A DNA stretch of 64,000 bases from an uncultured Acidimicrobiales bacterium. Its GTDB lineage: Bacteria; Actinomycetota; Acidimicrobiia; Acidimicrobiales; Bin134. Below, one piece after another: positions 55,984-64,000 of this stretch. Each line of letters starts with the position of its first letter. Position 1 is the stretch's first letter. A program made the translations under genes and the position numbers. The stretch is from assembly GCA_951813325.1 (NCBI GenBank), contig OX638350.1, positions 575,316-639,315 of the forward strand. Direction: 5' to 3'. The notes under the pieces were generated by a model. It was not told the origin of the DNA. It saw nothing but the letters and a program-made list of their open reading frames with translations, and ran no database searches.

Positions 55984-56409
55984 AGACGCTCACAAGTACT
56001 GCGACGGACCCGCTTTACATCAAGGCGCTGTCGTTCGTGTCGGGCACCGGGGGCGGGCTGATCGACCCTGACTACGACTACACCACCTTCCCTGAGTGCG
56101 AGATGGCCGGGGCCGATGCCTACCGCCAAGCCGGCATCGACGACCCCCGCTCCGCGCTGGCCATGGCCGAGGTCCACGACTGTTTCACCCCCACCGAGAT
56201 GGTCCTCATGGAGGATCTGGGCTTTTGCGAGCGGGGCACCGCCTGGAAAGAGGTGCTGGCCGGAACTTTCGAGCGCAATGGCGACATGCCCATCAACACC
56301 GACGGCGGCCTCAAGGCCTTCGGCCACCCCGTGGGGGCATCGGGCCTGCGGATGCACTACGAGTGCTGGCTCCAACTCCGAGGCCAAGCCGGCGACGACC
56401 GCCAAATCG
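55984..56409 (+). pseudogene. second, 5'-truncated copy of the SCP-x thiolase 3' region (part 1, interrupted by ISL3)
   Basis: Collinear and more than 90% identical by eye to 52611-53036 (DPLYIKALSFVSGTGGGLIDPDYDYT...LQLRGQAGDDRQI). No 5' part present. Confidence 0.85.
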
Positions 56410-57846
56410 GGCTCTTCGCGTTGAAGCTGGGACTGGGGTGATTGTGGGGGTCGGCCACTGAGGTGGGGGCCTCGCCGATTCTTGTGACTGTCAGATAGTC
56501 AAAGAGTCGGGAGGCCCCTGGTGGTTCAAGATAGTTCAGCGGTTGAGTTCGGCGTGCTCGGGTTGGAGGTGACCGGCGTCGAAGAGGTGCTCGGCGAGGT
56601 GGTGGTGTGGGTCCAGTCCCCGGGCGGCCAGGCGGTGTTCTGCGATGGTTGCGGGTGCCGGGCGCGCTCCAAGGGGTGCCGGGAGGTGGTGTTGAGGGAC
56701 GCTCCTTTCAGCGGCGGGCGCCCGCAGCGGGTGGTGTGGAACAAGAGGGTCTGGGTGTGCCCGGACGCCCGGTGCTGTGTTGGGTCTTGGACCGAGCGGT
56801 CCGGGCTGGCCGGGCCGCGGCGGGTGCTGACCGGGCGGGCGGTGAGCTGGGCTGTGGACAGGCTGGCAGCTGTGGAGGGGTCGGTGGCGTCGCTGGCCCG
56901 CTAGCTCGGTGTCGCCTGGCACACGATGTGGGCGCAGCTCGCCTCTGCCGCCGAGCGGGCTGCGGCCGGCGGCGGCCGGGTTGGGCCGGTGGTCAAGCTG
57001 GGCTTCGACGAGACCGTGATGGCCTCGGCCTCGCGGCGGAGGCGCCGCCGGTTCATCACCGCCGGGGTCGATGCCGACACCGGGCGGGTCGTCGGCGTGT
57101 TCGAGGGCCGCGATGCCGCTGACCTGTGTAAATGGGTGTCGCAGCAGGCGCGGGAATGGGTCCGGGCCGTCGAGGTGGTTTGCATCGACCCCCACGAGGG
57201 CTACCGCAGCGCCATCAGGTCGCGGCGCGGTGATCGCCTGCGGGCCGGCACCCAGATCGCGGTGGATCCCTTCCACATCGTCTGACTGGCGAACCAGGCT
57301 GTTGACCGGTGCCGCCGCCGCACCCAGAACGACACAACCGGCCACCGGGGCCGCAAAGGCGACCCGCTCCACGGAGCCCCCAAGCTGCTGTTGATGGGCG
57401 CAGAGCGCCTCGACGACACCGGCTGGGACCGGCTGCGAGCAGCCCTCGACGCGGGCGATCCCCACGACGAAGTCGCCGACTGCTGGGAGGCAAAAAAAAG
57501 AGTCCGGGCCGTGTTCAAAACCGGCGACCCCGACCAAGCCGCCACCCGGTTGGACGACGCCATCCCTGGTGCGAAGCCCCTGAAGCGGCCCCCGAGCTGC
57601 ACCGACTCGCCCACACCCTCACACGCTGGCAAACCGAGATCCACACCAGCATCGCAACCGGCGCCCACAACGGGCGAACCGAAGCCGCCAACGCAAAAAT
57701 CAAAGACGTCAAACGCTCCGCCCGAGGCTTCCGGAACTTCGCCAACTACCGGCTCAGAATCCTGCTCGCAACCGGACAAAAACCCGGCCACACTCAACCC
57801 GTCACAAAAATCAGAACCCGACGTCCCCGCTCAGACGCGCAGAGCC
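56410..57846 (+). mobile_element. ISL3-family insertion sequence with inactivated transposase
   Basis: 1437 bp. IRL GGCTCTTCGCGTTGAAGCTGG versus the reverse-complemented right end GGCTCTGCGCGTCTGAGCGGG (16/21). 8-bp direct repeat CCAAATCG at 56402-56409 and 57847-57854. The transposase frame has an in-frame TAG (56902), an in-frame TGA (57283) and a frameshift near 57560-57600. ISL3-like motifs DPFHIV and NGRTEAANAKIKDVKRSARGFRNFANYRLRILL. Confidence 0.85.
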
Positions 57847-57952
57847 CCAAATCGACCTGTCGGCCCGCAACCTCGGCCTAGTCCACAACCTCGGCGGCTA
57901 CCCCGGCGAGATGGTCTCCTTCGTCTCCATCCTCGGCCCCCAGCTGGGATGA
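57847..57952 (+). pseudogene. thiolase 3'-end copy, part 2 (after the ISL3)
   Basis: Matches 53029-53133 (NLGGYPGEMVSFVSILGP...) and ends at TGA 57950-57952. Confidence 0.85.
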
Positions 57953-57968
57953 AGGGCTCTTCGTTGAC

Positions 57969-58709
57969 CTAAGAAACGATGGGTTGGAACTCTGGACCGG
58001 ACAGCGGCTCATAGTTTTCCGGCCAGGGAGCGGACAGCCGGCAGATGAGCCGCATGTATGCAGGTACCTCGGGGGGATTCACGTGCTCGGCAGTCACTTC
58101 GATGTTGTGGTCGCTAGTGAGCCCTCGGAGTTCGTGAACTGTTTCCAACAAGTAGTTAGGCATCCATCCCACCGGCTCATCATTTCGCGTGTTGATCAGG
58201 ATGGCTCGGGGGTTCTTTGAGTTGCTACGTTCATCCACGAGGGTTAGACGGTCACCTGGCAGCAGCCCGGTAATTGCATCCGAGGCACCATCGCGGTGTC
58301 GAACGCCACGGGCGAAGAACAAGGCGGTGAGGTTTCCGCTTTCGGTGCGGCGAGGCGGAGCAAACACTTCGATGCGGTCGGTCATCTTCCGCCCTTCGTT
58401 GCGGGCCATGACTTCGAAGGGGTCGGTCTCTACATCTAGGCCCAGAGTCTCGACATACTCTTCGTAGTCCGGACGCTGGCGAGGCATCTGCCGCTTTCGG
58501 AACACTGGGAACAACTCTTCGTCCTCGTAGGTCTTATGCAGATCAGGCAAGCCCGGCAACAGCGGGAAGCCGTCCAGTGCTTCTGCGTTCTTCAGATACA
58601 CGAATTCGAATACTTGGGACTCATCAGAGACGCGCTGAGTAAGCAGGCCAACGGGGTGGATCAATCCATCAGGGTGGCGCCATGTCACGAACAAGCGGTG
58701 GTCGGTCAT
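57969..58709 (-). CDS. HipS-like N-terminal domain fused to a HIRAN-like domain (putative Hip-kinase partner/antitoxin)
   Basis: The N-part pattern FEFVYLKNAE...PLLPGLPD...LFPVFRKRQMP...DPFEVMARNEGRKMTDRIEVF resembles HipA N-subdomain/HipS. The C-part GVRHRDG...LLPGDRLTLVDERSNSKNPRAILINTRNDEPVGWMPNYL resembles HIRAN. Start at MTDHRLF. Confidence 0.6.
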   Translation of the reverse strand: MTDHRLFVTWRHPDGLIHPVGLLTQRVSDESQVFEFVYLKNAEALDGFPLLPGLPDLHKTYEDEELFPVFRKRQMPRQRPDYEEYVETLGLDVETDPFEVMARNEGRKMTDRIEVFAPPRRTESGNLTALFFARGVRHRDGASDAITGLLPGDRLTLVDERSNSKNPRAILINTRNDEPVGWMPNYLLETVHELRGLTSDHNIEVTAEHVNPPEVPAYMRLICRLSAPWPENYEPLSGPEFQPIVS

Positions 58710-58765
58710 TTGGCTCACCCTATCCAGGGGGAATGACAAATCGAATGTGACCAGCGTAGTCGGGC

Positions 58766-59693
58766 CTATGAAGCGAGACGGGTCCAATTGCGTCGCAGCA
58801 TTCGCTCTGCGAAGTCCTTCGACAGCGTCGACATCCGATGTTCAGGGATGTCCCAGATTGGGGCGACGAGGTCATCGATTTGTCGGACGTGTCCGAGCCA
58901 GTGGGCAAGTGAAGGCTGGCCAGCAAGTTCTTGGGCATCGCGCAAGACTGAAATCGGATGTGGCTTGGAAGCGAATTGCGTCTTGGCTCGGTCGGCGTAC
59001 CCCTCCGGGCGTGCGGTTTTTGTCTCTTGATGACAACCGCTCCTTCTTGTCCTGATCGCTCAATTGGAACCCGAGGCTTGAAGCATGATCAAAAGTCGGG
59101 GAAAGTCGGCGACCTGCATCTACCTCTGCGGGCTTTATCGCACTCCAGTTCTCCTCATGGCGATCTGTGTTTCCGACTAACGCGTCTAGTGCCAGGTAAC
59201 CGACGAACACATCCCATGCCGAAAGGCCCACGTCGACCTCAGGGGGAGGGAGGATGTTCACCAGGGCACTGAAGGCTGCCTCCACCGTGTACAGCTCCCG
59301 ACGGCCACGGGAGACCCTGATCCCCAGCTCTCCCATCAACTCGTCTCCATTGATGAGGCTCTCTTCTTCTTGAAGCACTGATTGGCAGACAGTCCCGTAA
59401 CGGATCTCGTCGGGGGCGCGCTCAACCGCGAGTTCAACTGGCGCGGCAGGGATGCCTAGGACTCTGGCTACTCCACAGGCGATCTGCTCGGCCCAGTCGT
59501 CGCCCTTGCGATATTCGGGACTACCTCTTGGCCGACTGAACGTGGCGTACTTCATCAGCCAGCGTTCATCATTCGCCGGGTTAATCAACCAGCGTTTTGG
59601 CTTGGTGCCAAGCTCCTCTTCCTCAAATCGCAACCACTCGCTGACATCGGTTTCTCGGTCATCGACGTGAACATGGTCGCCCGGAGCCATCAA
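58766..59693 (-). pseudogene. short HipA/HipT-like Ser/Thr kinase, frame broken once (or a sequencing error)
   Basis: LGTKPKRW (Gly-rich loop analogue), GNTDRHEENW (catalytic loop), SPTFDHASSLG. The protein-like sequence continues in the +1 frame after about 59010 (PEGYADRAKTQFASKPHPISVLRDAQELAG...RMLRRNWTRLAS, stop at 58766). Confidence 0.65.
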
Positions 59694-59798
59694 CCTTGAA
59701 GGGTACCCAGGGGCTGCGACAACGCCAGGTATGTATCAGCGGGGCCTCACCTGGGGCCAGCGGCCGTGGTCGACGGGGTCGCCCCGCAATGCTTCGGC

Positions 59799-60641
59799 CT
59801 AGGGGTAGTAGGCGAAATTTTGGGTGATCCACACGGAGGATCCTTGGATGGCGATGCCGATACCGAGTTGGTTGAAGTCGGGGTTGATCATGTTGGCGTA
59901 GTGGCCGGGGCTGGTGGCGAGGCTGGCGAAGGCGATCTGTATTGCTTCCTGAAGCGTTGTGCCCGACACGGTGGCGAGGTTCTCCCCGGCTCGCTGCCAT
60001 TCAGGTGGGTATTGCAGGGTGTAGAACGGGTTGTGGACGAATTGGCCCGTGTCTCTCATGGTTTGCGACCAGCCGCGGGCCACATTCGCCAGTTCGATGT
60101 TGTATGACAGTAGTGCCAGATTGAGGCTTTGGCGGAGCTCGTTCACCAGCTGGGCCATCTCGGTCTCGGCGGCGATGATCTCCGCCTGGGTCTCCAGATC
60201 GGGTGGGTCGGGTTGGGCCGATGGGGTATTGCAGCCGTCGGGGACAATTTCTGTGTCGATGTCGAATTGGCAGCGGTAGGCATTGAGCAGCCATTCCAGG
60301 TCGGCGATGAGGTTGTCGCGCACCGCGATGTCTTGTCGGGTTGGGGTGCTCGTGAAGGCGCCGGGCAGGGTGCGCCCGAGGGTGGGGTGGCCATCGGTGC
60401 AGCCGCCGAGCACCACGTGGGTGTCGATGTTGAACAGACAGCGGTAGGCGTTGAGCAGCGTTTCCTGGTCGGCGATGAGGGTGTCGCGCACCGCGATGTC
60501 CTCCAGCGTGGGCTGGTTCGCGGGCGCGGTCTGCGCGCGAGCCCCCGTGTCGGCCAGGACCGGCACGAGGATGCAAGCAAAGGCAACCACCGAGGCGATT
60601 GCCCGGCAGCGGCCAACACGAAACACGGGCACCTCAAGCAC
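59799..60641 (-). CDS. secreted CAP/SCP/PR-1-like domain protein with duplicated N-terminal module
   Basis: Signal peptide. Two roughly 45-aa repeats (DIAVRD.LIAD.E.LLNAYRC.F.IDT..V..GC). C-terminal CAP pattern ANVARGWSQTM...FVHN...GENLA...SPGHYANMINPDFNQLGIGI. Confidence 0.75.
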   Translation of the reverse strand: MLEVPVFRVGRCRAIASVVAFACILVPVLADTGARAQTAPANQPTLEDIAVRDTLIADQETLLNAYRCLFNIDTHVVLGGCTDGHPTLGRTLPGAFTSTPTRQDIAVRDNLIADLEWLLNAYRCQFDIDTEIVPDGCNTPSAQPDPPDLETQAEIIAAETEMAQLVNELRQSLNLALLSYNIELANVARGWSQTMRDTGQFVHNPFYTLQYPPEWQRAGENLATVSGTTLQEAIQIAFASLATSPGHYANMINPDFNQLGIGIAIQGSSVWITQNFAYYP

Positions 60642-60662
60642 CGTTGCCGCAGGGCTCCGGCC

Positions 60663-61517
60663 TCAGCGGGGCCAGACTTGGGGACAGCGGGGGTGGTCGA
60701 CGGAGTCTCCCTCGGCGACCTCGGCGTGGTGGGGCTTTAGCGGCGTGCCCCGCTTGAAGCGGTAGACGGTGCCGTCGCCGCAGTAGCGCACCGAGATGGC
60801 CCGGCGCCAATGGTCGGTGACGTTGGCGTGGGCGCCGTGGAGGGTCATGGCGTGGTGGACGGCCACATCGCCGGGTGCCATGTCGAAGCAGAGCAGGTGC
60901 TCGGAGTCGTCCCGGTCGTAGTGGGGGACCTCCTCGCCGTCGGTGTTGGGCATGGAGAGCTGGCTCACGAACCAGTTGGGCCGGAAGTCCCGCTCCCAGC
61001 GGTGCGAGCCCTTCACGTACACGGTGGCCCCGGTGTCCTTGGAGATGGGGTCGAGGGGGCACCAAGTGGTACACACCTTGTCGCCCTCAAGCTGGAAATA
61101 GGCCATGTCCTGATGGATGGAGGTGGGCTCCTCGGTGTGGGGCTCCTTCACCAGCACGCTGTCTTCATAGAACCACAGCTCCCGGCTCCGCATCAGCTCG
61201 GCGGCCAGTTGCGGCAGGGGCGACCGGGTGGCGAAGCGCTCGAAGTCGGGGTCGTCCCACCAGTGGTCGGTGCCGCCATGGAATTGGCCGCGGGGGGCGC
61301 CTGATTTGGCCGCCGCGGGATCGTTGAGCACGGTGCCGCCGCTGGGTGGTACCACCATGGCGCCCATTTCGGTCATGTTGTTCATTTCCTCAGACCCCAG
61401 AGCACGGTCTACGGGCTTGGCCATGGAGGCCAGGGTCTTGTCGGACAGCACTCCTCGGACTACTACCACGCCGTCGCGCCAGAAGGCCTCGATCTCTTGG
61501 TCGGTTACCAGGCTCAT
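60663..61517 (-). CDS. phytanoyl-CoA dioxygenase (PhyH) family Fe(II)/2-oxoglutarate oxygenase
   Basis: N-terminal EIEAFWRDGVVVVRGVL. The HQDMAYF (HxD) ... H ... R pattern. Confidence 0.8.
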   Translation of the reverse strand: MSLVTDQEIEAFWRDGVVVVRGVLSDKTLASMAKPVDRALGSEEMNNMTEMGAMVVPPSGGTVLNDPAAAKSGAPRGQFHGGTDHWWDDPDFERFATRSPLPQLAAELMRSRELWFYEDSVLVKEPHTEEPTSIHQDMAYFQLEGDKVCTTWCPLDPISKDTGATVYVKGSHRWERDFRPNWFVSQLSMPNTDGEEVPHYDRDDSEHLLCFDMAPGDVAVHHAMTLHGAHANVTDHWRRAISVRYCGDGTVYRFKRGTPLKPHHAEVAEGDSVDHPRCPQVWPR

Positions 61518-61529
61518 CGCACTAGATCC

Positions 61530-62453
61530 TTACATCTGCTCTAACTCGGGAGGCATACCCAAATGCACCAGGCTCTCGGCGGTGGAACCTTGGGGCGTCC
61601 AGTCGGTGGTGTCCATGGCTTGGGCCATGCCCTGGGCTACTGATTCCATGGTCAGGTCGATCTCCTGGGCGGGGGAGGCGGCGTACACGATGCGGGCGAA
61701 CTGGCCGCCCCCAACGGTGAACGCCTCGCCGGTGACGTCGCATTGATCGCTTACCAAATGGGCTACCACCGGGGCTGCCTTCTCGGCGCCGAAATGGGTG
61801 CGCAGGTGCGACTTGAACGGTGACTCGGGTAGGCCCTCGGTCAGCCGGGAGATGGCCGCGGGCAACAGCAGGTTGGCGGTGATGTTGTGGGCTTGGCCGA
61901 AGATGGCCTCGGTGCGGGTGAAGCCGAACAGGCCCGACTTGGTGGCCGCGTAGGAGGCGGTGGGATTGCCGAAGCAAGCGGGCGAGCCGGTGTTGATGAT
62001 GCGCCCGTAGCCCCGCTCCACCATGTTGGGCCACACCGCCTTGGCCGTGTTGAGGCACCCGAGGAGGGTCACCCCCACGTGACGGTGCATGTCGGCGGCG
62101 TCGATGTCGGGGAAGAACGACGCGCTGGCGAAACCGGCGTTGTTGATGAGGATGTCTACTCGGCCCCAGGCGTCCAAGGCGGCTGACACCATCTCCTGAG
62201 CGGTGTTTGGATCGGCGATGTCGCCGTTGTTGGCGATGGCCTCCCCTCCGGCATCGCGGATGCGCTGGGCGGCCTGGTCGGCGATGTGGGGGTTGATGCC
62301 CTGCTCGAGCAGGCCCAGCGTGCCGTTGCCGAAGTCGTTGAGCACGATCTTGGCGCCCCGCTCAGCCAGGTAGCGGGCGTGGGCGAACCCCAGGCCGATC
62401 TCGTCTCCGGCGCCGGTGACTATGGCTACTCGGTCTTGGAACTCACTGGCCAT
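61530..62453 (-). CDS. SDR family oxidoreductase
   Basis: VAIVTGAGDEIGLG, NNAG, YAATKSG (YxxxK). Confidence 0.85.
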   Translation of the reverse strand: MASEFQDRVAIVTGAGDEIGLGFAHARYLAERGAKIVLNDFGNGTLGLLEQGINPHIADQAAQRIRDAGGEAIANNGDIADPNTAQEMVSAALDAWGRVDILINNAGFASASFFPDIDAADMHRHVGVTLLGCLNTAKAVWPNMVERGYGRIINTGSPACFGNPTASYAATKSGLFGFTRTEAIFGQAHNITANLLLPAAISRLTEGLPESPFKSHLRTHFGAEKAAPVVAHLVSDQCDVTGEAFTVGGGQFARIVYAASPAQEIDLTMESVAQGMAQAMDTTDWTPQGSTAESLVHLGMPPELEQM

Positions 62454-62459
62454 TGCGAA

Positions 62460-63350
62460 TCACGCTCCGTTCAACAGGGGGGCAAGGGTTTCGAGCGTCT
62501 CCAAGCTGGGGCGGGTCTTGTCCACCGGGTCGAGCGGCTGGATGCACACGTGGGTGGCCCCGGCCTTGTGGTGCTGGCTCACCCGTTCGACGAGGACGCC
62601 CTCATCGCCCCAGGCCACCACCGCGTCGACCACCTCGTCGCGGCCGCCGTCGTCCAGCGCGCTCTCCTCGAACCCGCAGCGCATGAGGTTGTTCCGGTAG
62701 TTGGGCATGTGCAGCGGCCCCGCCATGGCGGCTCGGGCCCGCTCCCGAGCTCTCCCCGGGTCAGTCTCCAGCATCACCTTCTGCTCGGGGCAGATCCAGG
62801 CGTCGGGGCCCATGATCTGTCGGGACCGCCGGGAGTTCTCCGGCGGGGCGAAATAGGGGTGGGCGCCCATGGTGCGCTCGGCGGCCAGTTTCAGCATCAG
62901 CGGGCCGAGGGCGGCCAGTACCATGGGCGGCTCTCCGTCGAGCTCCGGCCCCCACCACATGGCGTTTTCCATCTTGTCGAGGTACTCCCGCATCGACGGG
63001 ATGGGCTTGGGGTAGGGCTTTTGCTGCATCCGCTCCACCGGAGCTTGGTGGGACACCCCGAGGCCGAGCAGAAAGCGGCCCCCCGACTGATCGTGTAGTT
63101 CCCTTTGAGCGCAGGAGGTGGCTTGGGCCTCGCGCAGGTGGATGTTCACCACCCCAGTGGCCAGCACCAGCGTGGAGGTGTGGTTGAGAAGCAGGGAGGC
63201 GTGGGCGAATGGGTCGCGCCCGAAGGCATCGGGGATCCACAGGGCGCCGTAGCCCAGCTCCTCGATCCGCTGGGCGAACTCGATGGCCTCGCCGGTGGAG
63301 AAGCTGTCGGTGCGGGTCCACACCCCGACTCGTCCGATGTCCATGCTCAT
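62460..63350 (-). CDS. luciferase-like monooxygenase (LLM) class, probably F420-dependent oxidoreductase
   Basis: GVWTRTDSFSTGEAIEFAQRIEELGYGALWIPDAFGRDPF is the typical LLM N-terminus. About 296 aa. Confidence 0.8.
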   Translation of the reverse strand: MSMDIGRVGVWTRTDSFSTGEAIEFAQRIEELGYGALWIPDAFGRDPFAHASLLLNHTSTLVLATGVVNIHLREAQATSCAQRELHDQSGGRFLLGLGVSHQAPVERMQQKPYPKPIPSMREYLDKMENAMWWGPELDGEPPMVLAALGPLMLKLAAERTMGAHPYFAPPENSRRSRQIMGPDAWICPEQKVMLETDPGRARERARAAMAGPLHMPNYRNNLMRCGFEESALDDGGRDEVVDAVVAWGDEGVLVERVSQHHKAGATHVCIQPLDPVDKTRPSLETLETLAPLLNGA

Positions 63351-63388
63351 GGCGTCAAAGTAGCGGCCCGCCCGAAGCTGTGAGATGG

Positions 63389-64000
63389 TCAGGCGACGAC
63401 CTGGTCGTCGTGGAGGCGGGCGATCTCGGTGGACGACAGGCCGAGCACCTCGGCCAACACCTCATCGGTGTGCTGGCCCAGGCGGGGGGCGGGGCCGGGG
63501 TCGGCGAGACTCTCAGCGGGGAAGCGCAGGGGCGGGCCGGGGGTGAGATATTCCCCGGTCTCAGGGTGGTCAACCTCGGCGAACAGCGGGTTGGCCGTCG
63601 AGCAGCGAGGATCCTCGGACACCAGATCCAGCATCGACTGGTAGCGGCCCCAGCACGCCCCTTGGGCATTCAGGGCAACTGAAGCCTCGGCCAGGGTGCG
63701 GGCTGCACACCACTGGGCCACCAGCGGGTTGAGGCGGTCGAGGGCCAGGTAGCGATCCCCGTCGACTCGGGTGAAGTCCAGCCCGGTCTCAGCCTCCAGG
63801 GCGGCTACCTCGTCGGCGATCCCGCAGGCAGCCACAATCCCTTGCCACTGACGGGCGCTGACCGCCACGAGTTGGATGCGCTCGCCGTCGGCCAGCTCGA
63901 AGTCCCGTCCGAAAGCGCCGTAGATGTCGTTGCCGATCCGGGGCCGCTGGGTGCCCAGAAGTTGGGCCTCGGCCACATGGCCGAGCATGGACACCGCGGC
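63389..64000 (-). CDS. family III CoA-transferase (CaiB/BaiF), C-terminal part; the gene continues beyond the window
   Basis: The C-terminal pattern ...PGPPLRFP...PAPRLGQHTDEVLAEVLGLS..EIA.L is typical of CaiB/BaiF. The frame is open to the window edge. Confidence 0.8.
   Translation of the reverse strand, partial: AAVSMLGHVAEAQLLGTQRPRIGNDIYGAFGRDFELADGERIQLVAVSARQWQGIVAACGIADEVAALEAETGLDFTRVDGDRYLALDRLNPLVAQWCAARTLAEASVALNAQGACWGRYQSMLDLVSEDPRCSTANPLFAEVDHPETGEYLTPGPPLRFPAESLADPGPAPRLGQHTDEVLAEVLGLSSTEIARLHDDQVVA

Noticed and set aside
56037-56441. 134-aa ORF that could be annotated as a small thiolase-domain protein
   Set aside because: It is the 5'-truncated duplicate of the upstream thiolase running into the ISL3 end. 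It has no catalytic Cys region and no plausible start context.
59694-59798. Search for a HipB-like HTH antitoxin gene upstream of the Hip kinase
   Set aside because: Only about 105 nt separate the kinase start from the CAP-gene stop, with no ORF of useful length in any frame.

Overview
High-GC, Actinomycetota-like chromosomal segment. Supporting signs are GC3-rich codons, many GTG/TTG starts, ATGA/GTGA overlaps, leaderless-looking genes, DUF222-HNH genes, an LLM/F420-type enzyme and LPXTG proteins. The class cannot be fixed from sequence alone. I support about 60 protein-coding genes. I saw no rRNA, tRNA or CRISPR array and no obvious transcription-factor gene. Most of the window is ordinary catabolic or lipid-type metabolism. 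On the plus strand, 2310-18046 holds a cupin, hydantoinase A/B, a CoA ligase, a Rieske oxygenase, a BMP-type ABC importer, a quinone oxidoreductase, an O-methyltransferase and an amidohydrolase. A beta-oxidation block (CoA ligase, thiolase, two acyl-CoA dehydrogenases) lies at 22582-28007. A tightly packed eight-gene minus-strand operon (35886-42643) joins a four-subunit 2-oxoacid:ferredoxin oxidoreductase to a crotonase, an enone-type reductase, a double-hotdog protein and an amidohydrolase_2 protein. Further on come a molybdopterin large subunit, more amidohydrolase_2 paralogues, a cysteine-free HMGCS-like/DUF35 fusion with an SCP-x thiolase, and a PhyH/SDR/LLM/CoA-transferase tail. The accessory parts are more interesting. 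(i) Two DUF222-HNH paralogues share an AT-rich leaderless promoter block. (ii) A one-gene AAA/DUF4143 islet is bracketed by a diverged copy of the 3' end of the neighbouring gene. (iii) A mosaic island at about 53134-59800 combines an AT-rich cargo of three unknown membrane or secreted proteins, a decayed IS481, a second copy of the thiolase 3' end split by a dead ISL3 (8-bp target duplication), orphan ISL3-like ends, and a reverse-order Hip kinase module (short HipA-like kinase plus HipS-like/HIRAN fusion, no HipB). (iv) Two tandem LPXTG surface-protein paralogues are present, one carrying about 25 acidic 15-bp/pentapeptide repeats. (v) A 39-bp x3.4 tandem repeat creates three identical 11-codon uORFs directly in front of hyuA. 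All start codons are inferred by eye, and family calls rest on motifs I can read, not on database searches.
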